From: Auanema rhodensis
Lineage: Eukaryota; Animalia; Nematoda
Assembly (NCBI GenBank): GCA_964057225.1
Contig: OZ059894.1
Location: 21,142,001-21,206,000 of the forward strand
Reading direction: 5' to 3'
DNA length: 64,000 bases
Shown piece by piece: positions 26,001-38,955 of the stretch. The stretch's first letter is position 1. Each line of letters opens with the position of its first letter. A program made the translations under genes and the position numbers. The notes under the pieces were generated by a model. The model did not search any database and had not been told where the DNA came from. It was given only the letters and a program-made list of their open reading frames with translations.

Positions 26001-29000
26001 TACATTGAGAAACGCTTGATACAAAAATTAGTTATGATCGTTTGAAAAATGATGCATTAGTGTATGTTGAGTTTCCATGTACACACAACATTGCTTCCAA
26101 AAACATTTTGACAAAAATTTTTTCGAAAAATTTCAAAATAATTTAGCAAAAAGTAGATGTTTTTAGATTCCTTTTCTTAAGGCAAAGACGATGGACAATG
26201 TTATTCAACGAAAAAATTAATTCTTCAGGGTGAAAATCGAGGATATAAGTGTGAACTTATATCAGTTGATATCTCGGTGCATTTTTAAGCTAGCGCAAAT
26301 CTGATAACACAGATCGACGCAGCTTAAAAATCCGCATCGAATGCACTATACAACATTGAGAAACGCTTAATACAAAAATTAGTTATGATCGTTTGAAAAA
26401 TGATGCATTAGTGTGTGTTGAGTTTCCATGTACACTCAACATTGCTTCCAAAAACATTTTGACAAAAATTTTTTCGAAAAATTTCAAAATAATTTAGCAA
26501 AAAGTAGATGTTTTTAGATTCCATTTTTCAAGGCAAAGACGATAGACAAGGTTATTCAACGAAAAAATTAATTCTTCAGGGTGAAAATCGAGGATATAAG
26601 TGTGAACTTATATCAGTTGATATCTCGGTGCATTTTTAAGCTAGCGCAAATCTGATAACACAGATCGACGCAGCTTGAAAAACCGCATCGAATGCACTAT
26701 GCTACATTAAGAAACGCTTAATACAAAAATTAGTTATGATCGTTTGAAAAATGATGCATTAGTGTATGTTGAGTTTCCATGTACACTCAACATTGCTTCC
26801 AAAAACATTTTGACAAAAATTTTTTCGAAAAATTTCATAATAATTTAGCAAAAAGTAGATGTTTTTAGATTCCTGTTTTTAAGGCAAAGACGATGGACAA
26901 TGTTATTCAACGAAAAAATTAATTCTTCAGGGTGAAAATCGAGGATATAAGTGTGAACTTATATCAGTTGATATCTCGGTGCATTTTTAAGCTAGCGCAA
27001 ATTTGATAACACAGATCGACGCAGCTTAAAAATCCGCATCGAATGCACTATACTACATTGAGAAACGCTTGATACAAAAATTAGTTATGTTCGTTTGAAA
27101 AATGATGCATTAGTGTATGTTGAGTTTCCATGTACACTCAACATTGCTTCAAAAAACATTTTGACAAAAATTTTTTCGAAAAATTTCAAAATAATTTAGC
27201 AAAAAGTAGATGTTTTTAGATTCCTTTTTTTAAGGCAAAGACGATGGACAATGTTATTCAACGAAAAAATTAATTCTTCAGGGTGAAAATCGAGGATATA
27301 AGTGTGAACTTATATCAGTTGATATCTCGGTGCATTTTTAAGCTAGCGCAAATTTGATAACACAGATCGACGCAGCTTAAAAATCCGCATCGAATGCACT
27401 ATACTACATTGAGAAACGCTTGATACAAAAATTAGTTATGTTCGTTTGAAAAATGATGCATTAGTGTATGTTGAGTTTCCATGTACACTCAACATTGCTT
27501 CAAAAAACATTTTGACAAAAATTTTTTCGAAAAATTTCAAAATAATTTAGCAAAAAGTAGATGTTTTTAGATTCCATTTTTCAAGGCAAAGACGATAGAC
27601 AATGTTATTCAACGAAAAAATTAATTCTTCAGGGTGAAAATCGAGGATATAAGTGTGAACTTATATCAGTTGATATCTCGGTGCATTTTTAAGCTAGCGC
27701 AAATCTGATAACACAGATCGACGCAGCTTAAAAATCCGCATCGAATGCACTATACAACATTGAGAAACGCTTAATACAAAAATTAGTTATGATCGTTTGA
27801 AAAATGATGCATTAGTGTGTGTTGAGTTTCCATGTACACTCAACATTGCTTCCAAAAACATTTTGACAAAAATTTTTTCGAAAAATTTCAAAATAATTTA
27901 GCAAAAAGTAGATGTTTTTAGATTCCATTTTTCAAGGCAAAGACGATAGACAAGGTTATTCAACGAAAAAATTAATTCTTCAGGGTGAAAATCGAGGATA
28001 TAAGTGTGAACTTATATCAGTTGATATCTCGGTGCATTTTTAAGCTAGCGCAAATCTGATAACACAGATCGACGCAGCTTGAAAAACCGCATCGAATGCA
28101 CTATACTACATTAAGAAACGCTTAATACAAAAATTAGTTATGATCGTTTGAAAAATGATGCATTAGTGTATGTTGAGTTTCCATGTACACTCAACATTGC
28201 TTCCAAAAACATTTTGACAAAAATTTTTTCGAAAAATTTCATAATAATTTAGCAAAAAGTAGATGTTTTTAGATTCCTGTTTTTAAGGCAAAGACGATGG
28301 ACAATGTTATTCAACGAAAAAATTAATTCTTCAGGGTGAAAATCGAGGATATAAGTGTGAACTTATATCAGTTGATATCTCGGTGCATTTTTAAGCTAGC
28401 GCAAATTTGATAACACAGATCGACGCAGCTTAAAAATCCGCATCGAATGCACTATACTACATTGAGAAACGCTTGATACAAAAATTAGTTATGTTCGTTT
28501 GAAAAATGATGCATTAGTGTATGTTGAGTTTCCATGTACACTCAACATTGCTTCAAAAAACATTTTGACAAAAATTTTTTCGAAAAATTTCAAAATAATT
28601 TAGCAAAAAGTAGATGTTTTTAGATTCCTTTTTTTAAGGCAAAGACGATGGACAATGTTATTCAACGAAAAAATTAATTCTTCAGGGTGAAAATCGAGGA
28701 TATAAGTGTGAACTTATATCAGTTGATATCTCGGTGCATTTTTAAGCTAGCGCAAATTTGATAACACAGATCGACGCAGCTTAAAAATCCGCATCGAATG
28801 CACTATACTACATTGAGAAACGCTTGATACAAAAATTAGTTATGTTCGTTTGAAAAATGATGCATTAGTGTATGTTGAGTTTCCATGTACACTCAACATT
28901 GCTTCAAAAAACATTTTGACAAAAATTTTTTCGAAAAATTTCAAAATAATTTAGCAAAAAGTAGATGTTTTTAGATTCCATTTTTCAAGGCAAAGACGAT

Positions 29001-32000
29001 AGACAATGTTATTCAACGAAAAAATTAATTCTTCAGGGTGAAAATCGAGGATATAAGTGTGAACTTATATCAGTTGATATCTCGGTGCATTTTTAAGCTA
29101 GCGCAAATCTGATAACACAGATCGACGCAGCTTAAAAATCCGCATCGAATGCACTATACTACATCAAGAAACGCTTGATACAAAAATTAGTTATGATCGT
29201 TTGAAAAATGATGCATTAGTGTATGTTGAGTTTCCATGTACACTCAACATTGCTTCCAAAAACATTTTGACAAAAATTTTTTCGAAAAATTTCAAAATAA
29301 TTTAGCAAAAAGTAGATGTTTTTAGATTCCATTTTTCAAGGCAAAGACGATAGACAATGTTATTCAACGAAAAAATTAATTCTTCAGGGTGAAAATCGAG
29401 GATATAAGTGTGAACTTATATCAGTTGATATCTCGGTGCATTTTTAAGCTAGCGCAAATCTGATAACACAGATCGACGCAGCTTGAAAAACCGCATCGAA
29501 TGCACTATACTACATTAAGAAACGCTTAATACAAAAATTAGTTATGATCGTTTGAAAAATGATGCATTAGTGTATGTTGAGTTTCCATGTACACTCAACA
29601 TTGCTTCCAAAAACATTTTGACAAAAATTTTTTCGAAAAATTTCAAAATAATTTAGCAAAAAGTAGATGTTTTTAGATTCCATTTTTCAAGGCAAAGACG
29701 ATAGACAATGTTATTCAACGAAAAAATTAATTCTTCAGGGTGAAAATCGAGGATATAAGTGTGAACTTATATCAGTTGATATCTCGGTGCATTTTTAAGC
29801 TAGCGCAAATCTGATAACACAGATCGACGCAGCTTAAAAATCCGCATCGAATGCACTATACAACATTGAGAAACGCTTAATACAAAAATTAGTTATGATC
29901 GTTTGAAAAATGATGCATTAGTGTGTGTTGAGTTTCCATGTACACTCAACATTGCTTCCAAAAACATTTTGACAAAAATTTTTTCGAAAAATATCAAAAT
30001 AATTTAGCAAAAAGTAGATGTTTTTAGATTCCATTTTTCAAGGCAAAGACGATAGACAAGGTTATTCAACGAAAAAATTAATTCTTCAGGGTGAAAATCG
30101 AGGATATAAGTGTGAACTTATATCAGTTGATATCTCGGTGCATTTTTAAGCTAGCGCAAATCTGATAACACAGATCGACGCAGCTTGAAAAACCGCATCG
30201 AATGCACTATACTACATTAAGAAACGCTTAATACAAAAATTAGTTATGATCGTTTGAAAAATGATGCATTAGTGTATGTTGAGTTTCCATGTACACTCAA
30301 CATTGCTTCCAAAAACATTTTGACAAAAATTTTTTCGAAAAATTTCATAATAATTTAGCAAAAAGTAGATGTTTTTAGATTCCTGTTTTTAAGGCAAAGA
30401 CGATGGACAATGTTATTCAACGAAAAAATTAATTCTTCAGGGTGAAAATCGAGGATATAAGTGTGAACTTATATCAGTTGATATCTCGGTGCATTTTTAA
30501 GCTAGCGCAAATTTGATAACACAGATCGACGCAGCTTAAAAATCCGCATCGAATGCACTATACTACATTGAGAAACGCTTGATACAAAAATTAGTTATGT
30601 TCGTTTGAAAAATGATGCATTAGTGTATGTTGAGTTTCCATGTACACTCAACATTGCTTCAAAAAACATTTTGACAAAAATTTTTTCGAAAAATTTCAAA
30701 ATAATTTAGCAAAAAGTAGATGTTTTTAGATTCCTTTTTTTAAGGCAAAGACGATGGACAATGTTATTCAACGAAAAAATTAATTCTTCAGGGTGAAAAT
30801 CGAGGATATAAGTGTAAACTTATATCAGTTGATATCTCGGTGCATTTTTAAGCTAGCGCAAATCTGATAACACAGATCGACGCAGCTTAAAAATCCGCAT
30901 CGAATGCACTATACTACATTGAGAAACGCTTAATACACAAATTAGTTATGATCGTTTGAAAAATGATGCATTAGTGTATGTTGAGTTTCCATGTACACTC
31001 AACATTGCTTCCAAAAACATTTTGACAAAAATTTTTTCGAAAAATTTCAAAATAATTTAGCAAAAAGTAGATGTTTTTAGATTCCTTTTTTTAAGGCAAA
31101 GACGATGGACAATGTTATTCAACGAAAAAATTAATTCTTCAGGGTGAAAATCGAGGATATAAGTGTGAACTTATATCAGTTGATATCTCGGTGCATTTTT
31201 AAGCTAGCGCAAATCTGATAACACAGATCGACGCAGCTTAAACATCCGCATCGAATGCACTATACAACATTGAGAAACGCTTAATACAAAAATTAGTTAT
31301 GATCGTTTGAAAAATGATGCATTAGTGTGTGTTGAGTTTCCATGTACACTCAACATTGCTTCCAAAAACATTTTGACAAAAATTTTTTCGAAAAATTTCA
31401 AAATAATTTAGCAAAAAGTAGATGTTTTTAGATTCCTTTTTTTAAGGCAAAGACGATGGACAATGTTATTCAACGAAAAAATTAATTCTTCAGGGTGAAA
31501 ATCGAGGATATAAGTGTGAACTTATATCAGTTGATATCTCGGTGCATTTTTAAGCTAGCGCAAATCTGATAACACAGATCGACGCAGCTTAAAAATCCGC
31601 ATCGAATGCACTATACTACATCAAGAAACGCTTAATACACAAATTAGTTATGATCGTTTGAAAAATGATGCATTAGTGTATGTTGAGTTTCCATGTACAC
31701 TCAACATTGCTTCCAAAAACATTTTGACAAAAATTTTTTCGAAAAATTTCAGAATAATTTAGCAAAAAGTAGATGTTTTTAGATTCCTTTTTTTAAGGCA
31801 AAGACGATGGACAATGTTATTCAACGAAAAAATTAATTCTTCAGGGTGAAAATCGAGGATATAAGTGTGAACTTATATCAGTTGATATCTCGGTGCATTT
31901 TTAAGCTAGCGCAAATCTGATAACACAGATCGACGCAGCTTAAAAATCCGCATCGAATGCACTATACTACATCAAGAAACGCTTGATACAAAAATTAGTT

Positions 32001-34041
32001 ATGATCGTTTGAAAAATGATGCATTAGTGTATGTTGAGTTTCCATGCACACTCAACATTGATTCCAAAAACATTTTGACAAAAATTTTTTCGGAAAATTT
32101 CAGAATAATTTAGCAAATAGTAGATGTTTTTAGATTCCTTTTTTTAAGGCAAAGACGATGGACAATGTTATTCAACGAAAAAATTAATTCTTCAGGGTGA
32201 AAATCGAGGATATAAGTGTAAACTTATATCAGTTGATATCTCGGTGCATTTTTAAGCTAGCGCAAATCTGATAACACAGTTCGACGCAGCTTAAAAATCC
32301 GCATCGAATGCACTATACTACATTGAGAAACGCTTGATACAAAAATTAGTTATGTTCGTTTGAAAAATGATGCATTAGTGTATGTTGAGTTTCCATGTAC
32401 ACTCAACATTGCTTCAAAAAACATTTTGACAAAAATTTTTTCGAAAAATTTCAAAATAATTTAGCAAAAAGTAGATGTTTTTAGATTCCATTTTTCAAGG
32501 CAAAGACGATAGACAATGTTATTCAACGAAAAAATTAATTCTTCAGGGTGAAAATCGAGGATATAAGTGTGAACTTATATCAGTTGATATCTCGGTGCAT
32601 TTTTAAGCTAGCCAAATCTGATAACACAGATCGACGCAGCTTAAAAATCCGCATCGAATGCACTATACTACATTGAGAAACGCTTAATACAAAAATTAGT
32701 TATGATCGTTTGAAAAATGATGCATTAGTGTATGTTGAGTTTCCATGTACACTCAACATTGCTTCCAAAAACATTTTGACAAAAATTTTTTCGAAAAATT
32801 TCAAAATAATTTAGCAAAAAGTAGATGTTTTTAGATTTCTTTTTTCAAGGCAAAGACGATGGACAATGTTATTCAACGAAAAAATTAATTCTTCAGGGTG
32901 AAAATCGAGGATATAAGTGTAAACTTATATCAGTTGATATCTCGGTGCATTTTTAAGCTAGCGCAAATCTGATAACACAGTTCGACGCAGCTTAAAAATC
33001 CGCATCGAATGCACTATACTACATTGAGAAACGCTTAATACAAAAATTAGTTATGATCGTTTGAAAAATGATGCATTAGTGTATGTTGAGTTTCCATGTA
33101 CACTCAACATTGCTTCCAAAAACATTTTGACAAAAATTTTTTCGAAAAATTTCAGAATAATTCAGCAAAAAGTAGATGTTTTTAGATTCCATTTTCCAAG
33201 GCAAAGACGATGGACAATGTTATTCAACGAAAAAATTAATTCTTCAGGGTGAAAATCGAGGATATAAGTGTGAACTTGTATCAGTTGATATCTCGGTGCA
33301 TTTTTAAGCTAGCGCAAATCTGATAACACAGATCGACGCAGCTTAAAAATCCGCATCGAATGCACTATACTACATTGAGAAACGTTTGATACAAAAATTA
33401 GTTATGATCGTTTGAAAAATGATGCATTAGTGTATGTTGAGTTTCCATGTACACTCAACATTGCTTCCAAAAACATTTTGACAAAAATTTTTTCGAAAAA
33501 TTTCAAGATAATTTAGCAAAAAGTAGATGTTTTTAGATTCCTTTTTTTAAGGCAAAGACGATGGACAATGTTATTCAACGAAAAAATTAATTCTTCAGGG
33601 TGAAAATCGAGGATATATGTGTGAACTTATATCAGTTGATATCTCGGTGCATTTTTAAGCTAGCGCAAATCTGATAACACAGATCGACGCAGCTTAAAAA
33701 TCCGCATCGAATGCACTATACTAGATTGAGAAACGCTTAATACACAAATTAGTTATGATCGTTTGAAAAATGATGCATTAGTGTGTGTTGAGTTTCCATG
33801 TAAACTCAACATTGCTTCCAAAAACATTTTGACAAAAATTTTTTCGAAAAATTTCAAAATAATTTAGCAAAAAGTAGATGTTTTTAGTTTCCATTTTTCA
33901 AGGCAAAGACGATGGACAATGTTATTCAACGAAAAAATTAATTCTTCAGGGTGAAAATCGAGGATATAAGTGTGAACTTATATCAGTTGATATCTCGGTG
34001 CATTTTTAAGCTAGCGCAAATCTGATAACACAGATCGACGC

Positions 34042-37000
34042 AGCTTAAAAATCCGCATCGAATGCACTATACTACATCAAGAAACGCTTGATACAAAAAT
34101 TAGTTATGATCGTTTGAAAAATGATGCATTAGTGTATGTTGAGTTTCCATGTACACTCAACATTGCTTCCAAAAACATTTTGACAAAAATTTTTTCGAAA
34201 AATTTCAAAATAATTCAGCAAAAAGTAGATGTTTTTAGATTCCTTTTTTCAAGGCAAAGACGATGGACAATGTTATTCAACGAAAAAATTAATTCTTCAG
34301 GGTGAAAATCGAGGATATAAGTGTGAACTTATATCAGTTGATATCTCGGTGCATTTTTAAGCTAGCGCAAATCTGATACCACAGATCGACGCAGCTTAAA
34401 AATCCGCATCGAATGCACTATACTACATTGAGAAACGTTTGATACAAAAATTAGTTATGATCGTTTGAAAAATGATGCATTAGTGTATGTTGAGTTTCCA
34501 TGTACACTCAACATTGCTTCCAAAAACATTTTGACAAAAATTTTTTCGAAAAATTTCAAAATAATTTAGCAAAAAGTAGATGTTTTTAGATTCCTTTTTT
34601 CAAGGCAAAGACGATGGACAATGTTATTCAACGAAAAAATTAATTCTTCAGGGTGAAAATCGAGGATATAAGTGTGAACTTACATCAGTTGATATCTCGG
34701 TGCATTTTTAGGCTAGCGCAAATCTGATAACACAGATCGACGCAGCTTAAAAATCCGCATCGAATGCACTATACTACATTGAGAAACGCTTAATACAAAA
34801 ATTAGTTATGATCGTTTGAAAAATGATGCATTAGTGTATGTTGAGTTCCCATGTACACTCAACATTGCTTCCAAAAACATTTTGACAAAAATTTTTTCGA
34901 AAAATTTCAAAATAATTTAGCAAAAAGTAGATGTTTTTAGATTCCTGTTTTTAAGGCAAAGACGATGGACAATGTTATTCAACGAAAAAATTAATTCTTC
35001 AGGGTGAAAATCGAGGATATAAGTGTGAACTTATATCAGTTGATATCTCGGTGCATTTTTAAGCTAGCGCAAATTTGATAACACAGATCGACGCAGCTTA
35101 AAAATCCGCATCGAATGCACTATACTACATTGAGAAACACTTGATAAAAAAATTAGTTATGTTCGTTTGAAAAATGATGCATTAGTGTATGTTGAGTTTC
35201 CATGTACACTCAACATTGCTTCCAAAAACATTTTGACAAAAATTTTTTCGAAAAATTTCAAAATAATTTAGCAAAAAGTAGATGTTTTTAGATTCCTTTT
35301 TTTAAGGCAAAGACGATGGACAATGTTATTCAACGAAAAAATTAATTCTTCAGGGTGAAAATCGAGGATATAAGTGTGAACTTATATCAGTTGATATCTC
35401 GGTGCATTTTTAAGCTAGCGCAAATTTGATAACACAGATCGACGCAGCTTAAAAATCCGCATCGAATGCACTATACTACATTGAGAAACGCTTGATAAAA
35501 AAATTAGTTATGTTCGTTTGAAAAATGATGCATTAGTGTATGTTGAGTTTCCATGTACACTCAACATTGCTTCCAAAAACATTTTGACAAAAATTTTTTC
35601 GAAAAATTTCAAAATAATTTAGCAAAAAGTAGATGTTTTTAGATTCCTTTTTTTAAGGCAAAGACGATGGACAATGTTATTCAACGAAAAAATTAATTCT
35701 TCAGGGTGAAAATCGAGGATATAAGTGTGAACTTATATCAGTTGATATCTCGGTGCATTTTTAAGCTAGCGCAAATCTGATAACACAGATCGACGCAGCT
35801 TAAAAATTCGCATCGAATGCACTATACTACATCAAGAAACGCTTGATACAAAAATTAGTTATGATCGTTTGAAAAATGATGCATTAGTGTATGTTGAGTT
35901 TCCATGTACACTCAACATTGCTTCCAAAAACATTTTGACAAAAATTTTTTCGAAAAATTTCAAAATAATTTAGCAAAAAGTAGATGTTTTTAGATTCCAT
36001 TTTTCAAGGCAAAGACGATAGACAATGTTATTCAACGAAAAAATTAATTCTTCAGGGTGAAAATCGAGGATTTAAGTGTGAACTTATATCAGTTGATATC
36101 TCGGTGCATTTTTAAGCTAGCGCAAATCGGATAACACAGATCGACGCAGCTTAAAAATCCGCATCGAATGCACTATACTACATTGAGAAACGCTTGATAC
36201 AAAAATTAGTTATGATCGTTTGAAAAATGATGCATTAGTGTATGTTGAGTTTCCATGTACACTCAACATTGCTTCCAAAAACATTTTGACAAAAATTTTT
36301 TCGAAAAATTTCAAAATAATTCAGCAAAAAGTAGATGTTTCTAGATTCCTTTTTTCAAGGCAAAGACGATGGACAATGTTATTCAACGAAAAAATTAATT
36401 CTTCAGGGTGAAAATCGAGGATATAAGTGTGAACTTATATCAGTTGATATCTCGGTGCATTTTTAAGCTAGCGCAAATCTGATAACACAGATCGACGCAG
36501 CTTAAAAATCCGCATCGAATGCACTATACTACATCAAGAAACGCTTGATACAAAAATTAGTTATGATCGTTTGAAAAATGATGCATTAGTGTATGTTGAG
36601 TTTCCATGTACACTCAACATTGCTTCCAAAAACATTTTGACAAAAATTTTTTCGAAAAATTTCAAAATAATTCAGCAAAAAGTAGATGTTTTTAGATTCC
36701 TTTTTTCAAGGCAAAGACGATGGACAATGTTATTCAACGAAAAAATTAATTCTTCAGGGTGAAAATCGAGGATATAAGTGTGAACTTATATCAGTTGATA
36801 TCTCGGTGCATTTTTAAGCTAGCGCAAATCTGATACCACAGATCGACGCAGCTTAAAAATCCGCATCGAATGCACTATACTACATTGAGAAACGTTTGAT
36901 ACAAAAATTAGTTATGATCGTTTGAAAAATGATGCATTAGTGTATGTTGAGTTTCCATGTACACTCAACATTGCTTCCAAAAACATTTTGACAAAAATTT

Positions 37001-38955
37001 TTTCGAAAAATTTCAAAATAATTTAGCAAAAAGTAGATGTTTTTAGATTCCTTTTTTCAAGGCAAAGACGATGGACAATGTTATTCAACGAAAAAATTAA
37101 TTCTTCAGGGTGAAAATCGAGGATATAAGTGTGAACTTACATCAGTTGATATCTCGGTGCATTTTTAAGCTAGCGCAAATCTGATAACACAGATCGACGC
37201 AGCTTAAAAATCCGCATCGAATGCACTATACTACATTGAGAAACGCTTAATACAAAAATTAGTTATGATCGTTTGAAAAATGATGCATTAGTGTATGTTG
37301 AGTTCCCATGTACACTCAACATTGCTTCCAAAAACATTTTGACAAAAATTTTTTCGAAAAATTTCAAAATAATTTAGCAAAAAGTAGATGTTTTTAGATT
37401 CCTGTTTTTAAGGCAAAGACGATGGACAATGTTATTCAACGAAAAAATTAATTCTTCAGGGTGAAAATCGAGGATATAAGTGTGAACTTATATCAGTTGA
37501 TATCTCGGTGCATTTTTAAGCTAGCGCAAATTTGATAACACAGATCGACGCAGCTTAAAAATCCGCATCGAATGCACTATACTACATTGAGAAACGCTTG
37601 ATAAAAAAATTAGTTATGTTCGTTTGAAAAATGATGCATTAGTGTATGTTGAGTTTCCATGTACACTCAACATTGCTTCCAAAAACATTTTGACAAAAAT
37701 TTTTTCGAAAAATTTCAAAATAATTTAGCAAAAAGTAGATGTTTTTAGATTCCTTTTTTTAAGGCAAAGACGATGGACAATGTTATTCAACGAAAAAATT
37801 AATTCTTCAGGGTGAAAATCGAGGATATAAGTGTGAACTTATATCAGTTGATATCTCGGTGCATTTTTAAGCTAGCGCAAATTTGATAACACAGATCGAC
37901 GCAGCTTAAAAATCCGCATCGAATGCACTATACTACATTGAGAAACGCTTGATAAAAAAATTAGTTATGTTCGTTTGAAAAATGATGCATTAGTGTATGT
38001 TGAGTTTCCATGTACACTCAACATTGCTTCCAAAAACATTTTGACAAAAATTTTTTCGAAAAATTTCAAAATAATTTAGCAAAAAGTAGATGTTTTTAGA
38101 TTCCTTTTTTTAAGGCAAAGACGATGGACAATGTTATTCAACGAAAAAATTAATTCTTCAGGGTGAAAATCGAGGATATAAGTGTGAACTTATATCAGTT
38201 GATATCTCGGTGCATTTTTAAGCTAGCGCAAATCTGATAACACAGATCGACGCAGCTTAAAAATTCGCATCGAATGCACTATACTACATCAAGAAACGCT
38301 TGATACAAAAATTAGTTATGATCGTTTGAAAAATGATGCATTAGTGTATGTTGAGTTTCCATGTACACTCAACATTGCTTCCAAAAACATTTTGACAAAA
38401 ATTTTTTCGAAAAATTTCAAAATAATTTAGCAAAAAGTAGATGTTTTTAGATTCCATTTTTCAAGGCAAAGACGATAGACAATGTTATTCAACGAAAAAA
38501 TTAATTCTTCAGGGTGAAAATCGAGGATTTAAGTGTGAACTTATATCAGTTGATATCTCGGTGCATTTTTAAGCTAGCGCAAATCGGATAACACAGATCG
38601 ACGCAGCTTAAAAATCCGCATCGAATGCACTATACTACATTGAGAAACGCTTGATACAAAAATTAGTTATGATCGTTTGAAAAATGATGCATTAGTGTAT
38701 GTTGAGTTTCCATGTACACTCAACATTGCTTCCAAAAACATTTTGACAAAAATTTTTTCGAAAAATTTCAAAATAATTCAGCAAAAAGTAGATGTTTTTA
38801 GATTCCATTTTTCAAGGCAAAGACGATAGACAATGTTATTCAACGAAAAAATTAATTCTTCAGGGTGAAAATCGAGGATATAAGTGTGAACTTATATCAG
38901 TTGATATCTCGGTGCATTTTTAAGCTAGCGCAAATCTGATAACACAGATCGACGC
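34042..38955. repeat. 7-monomer (2457-bp) block duplicated in tandem
   Basis: The rare markers TGATACC, ACTTACATC, GAGTTCCC, GATAAAAAAA x2, ATTCGC/GGATTT/ATCGGA and TTCAG recur in the same order 2457 bp apart. The last unit of the second copy switches type part-way through. Confidence 0.9.
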
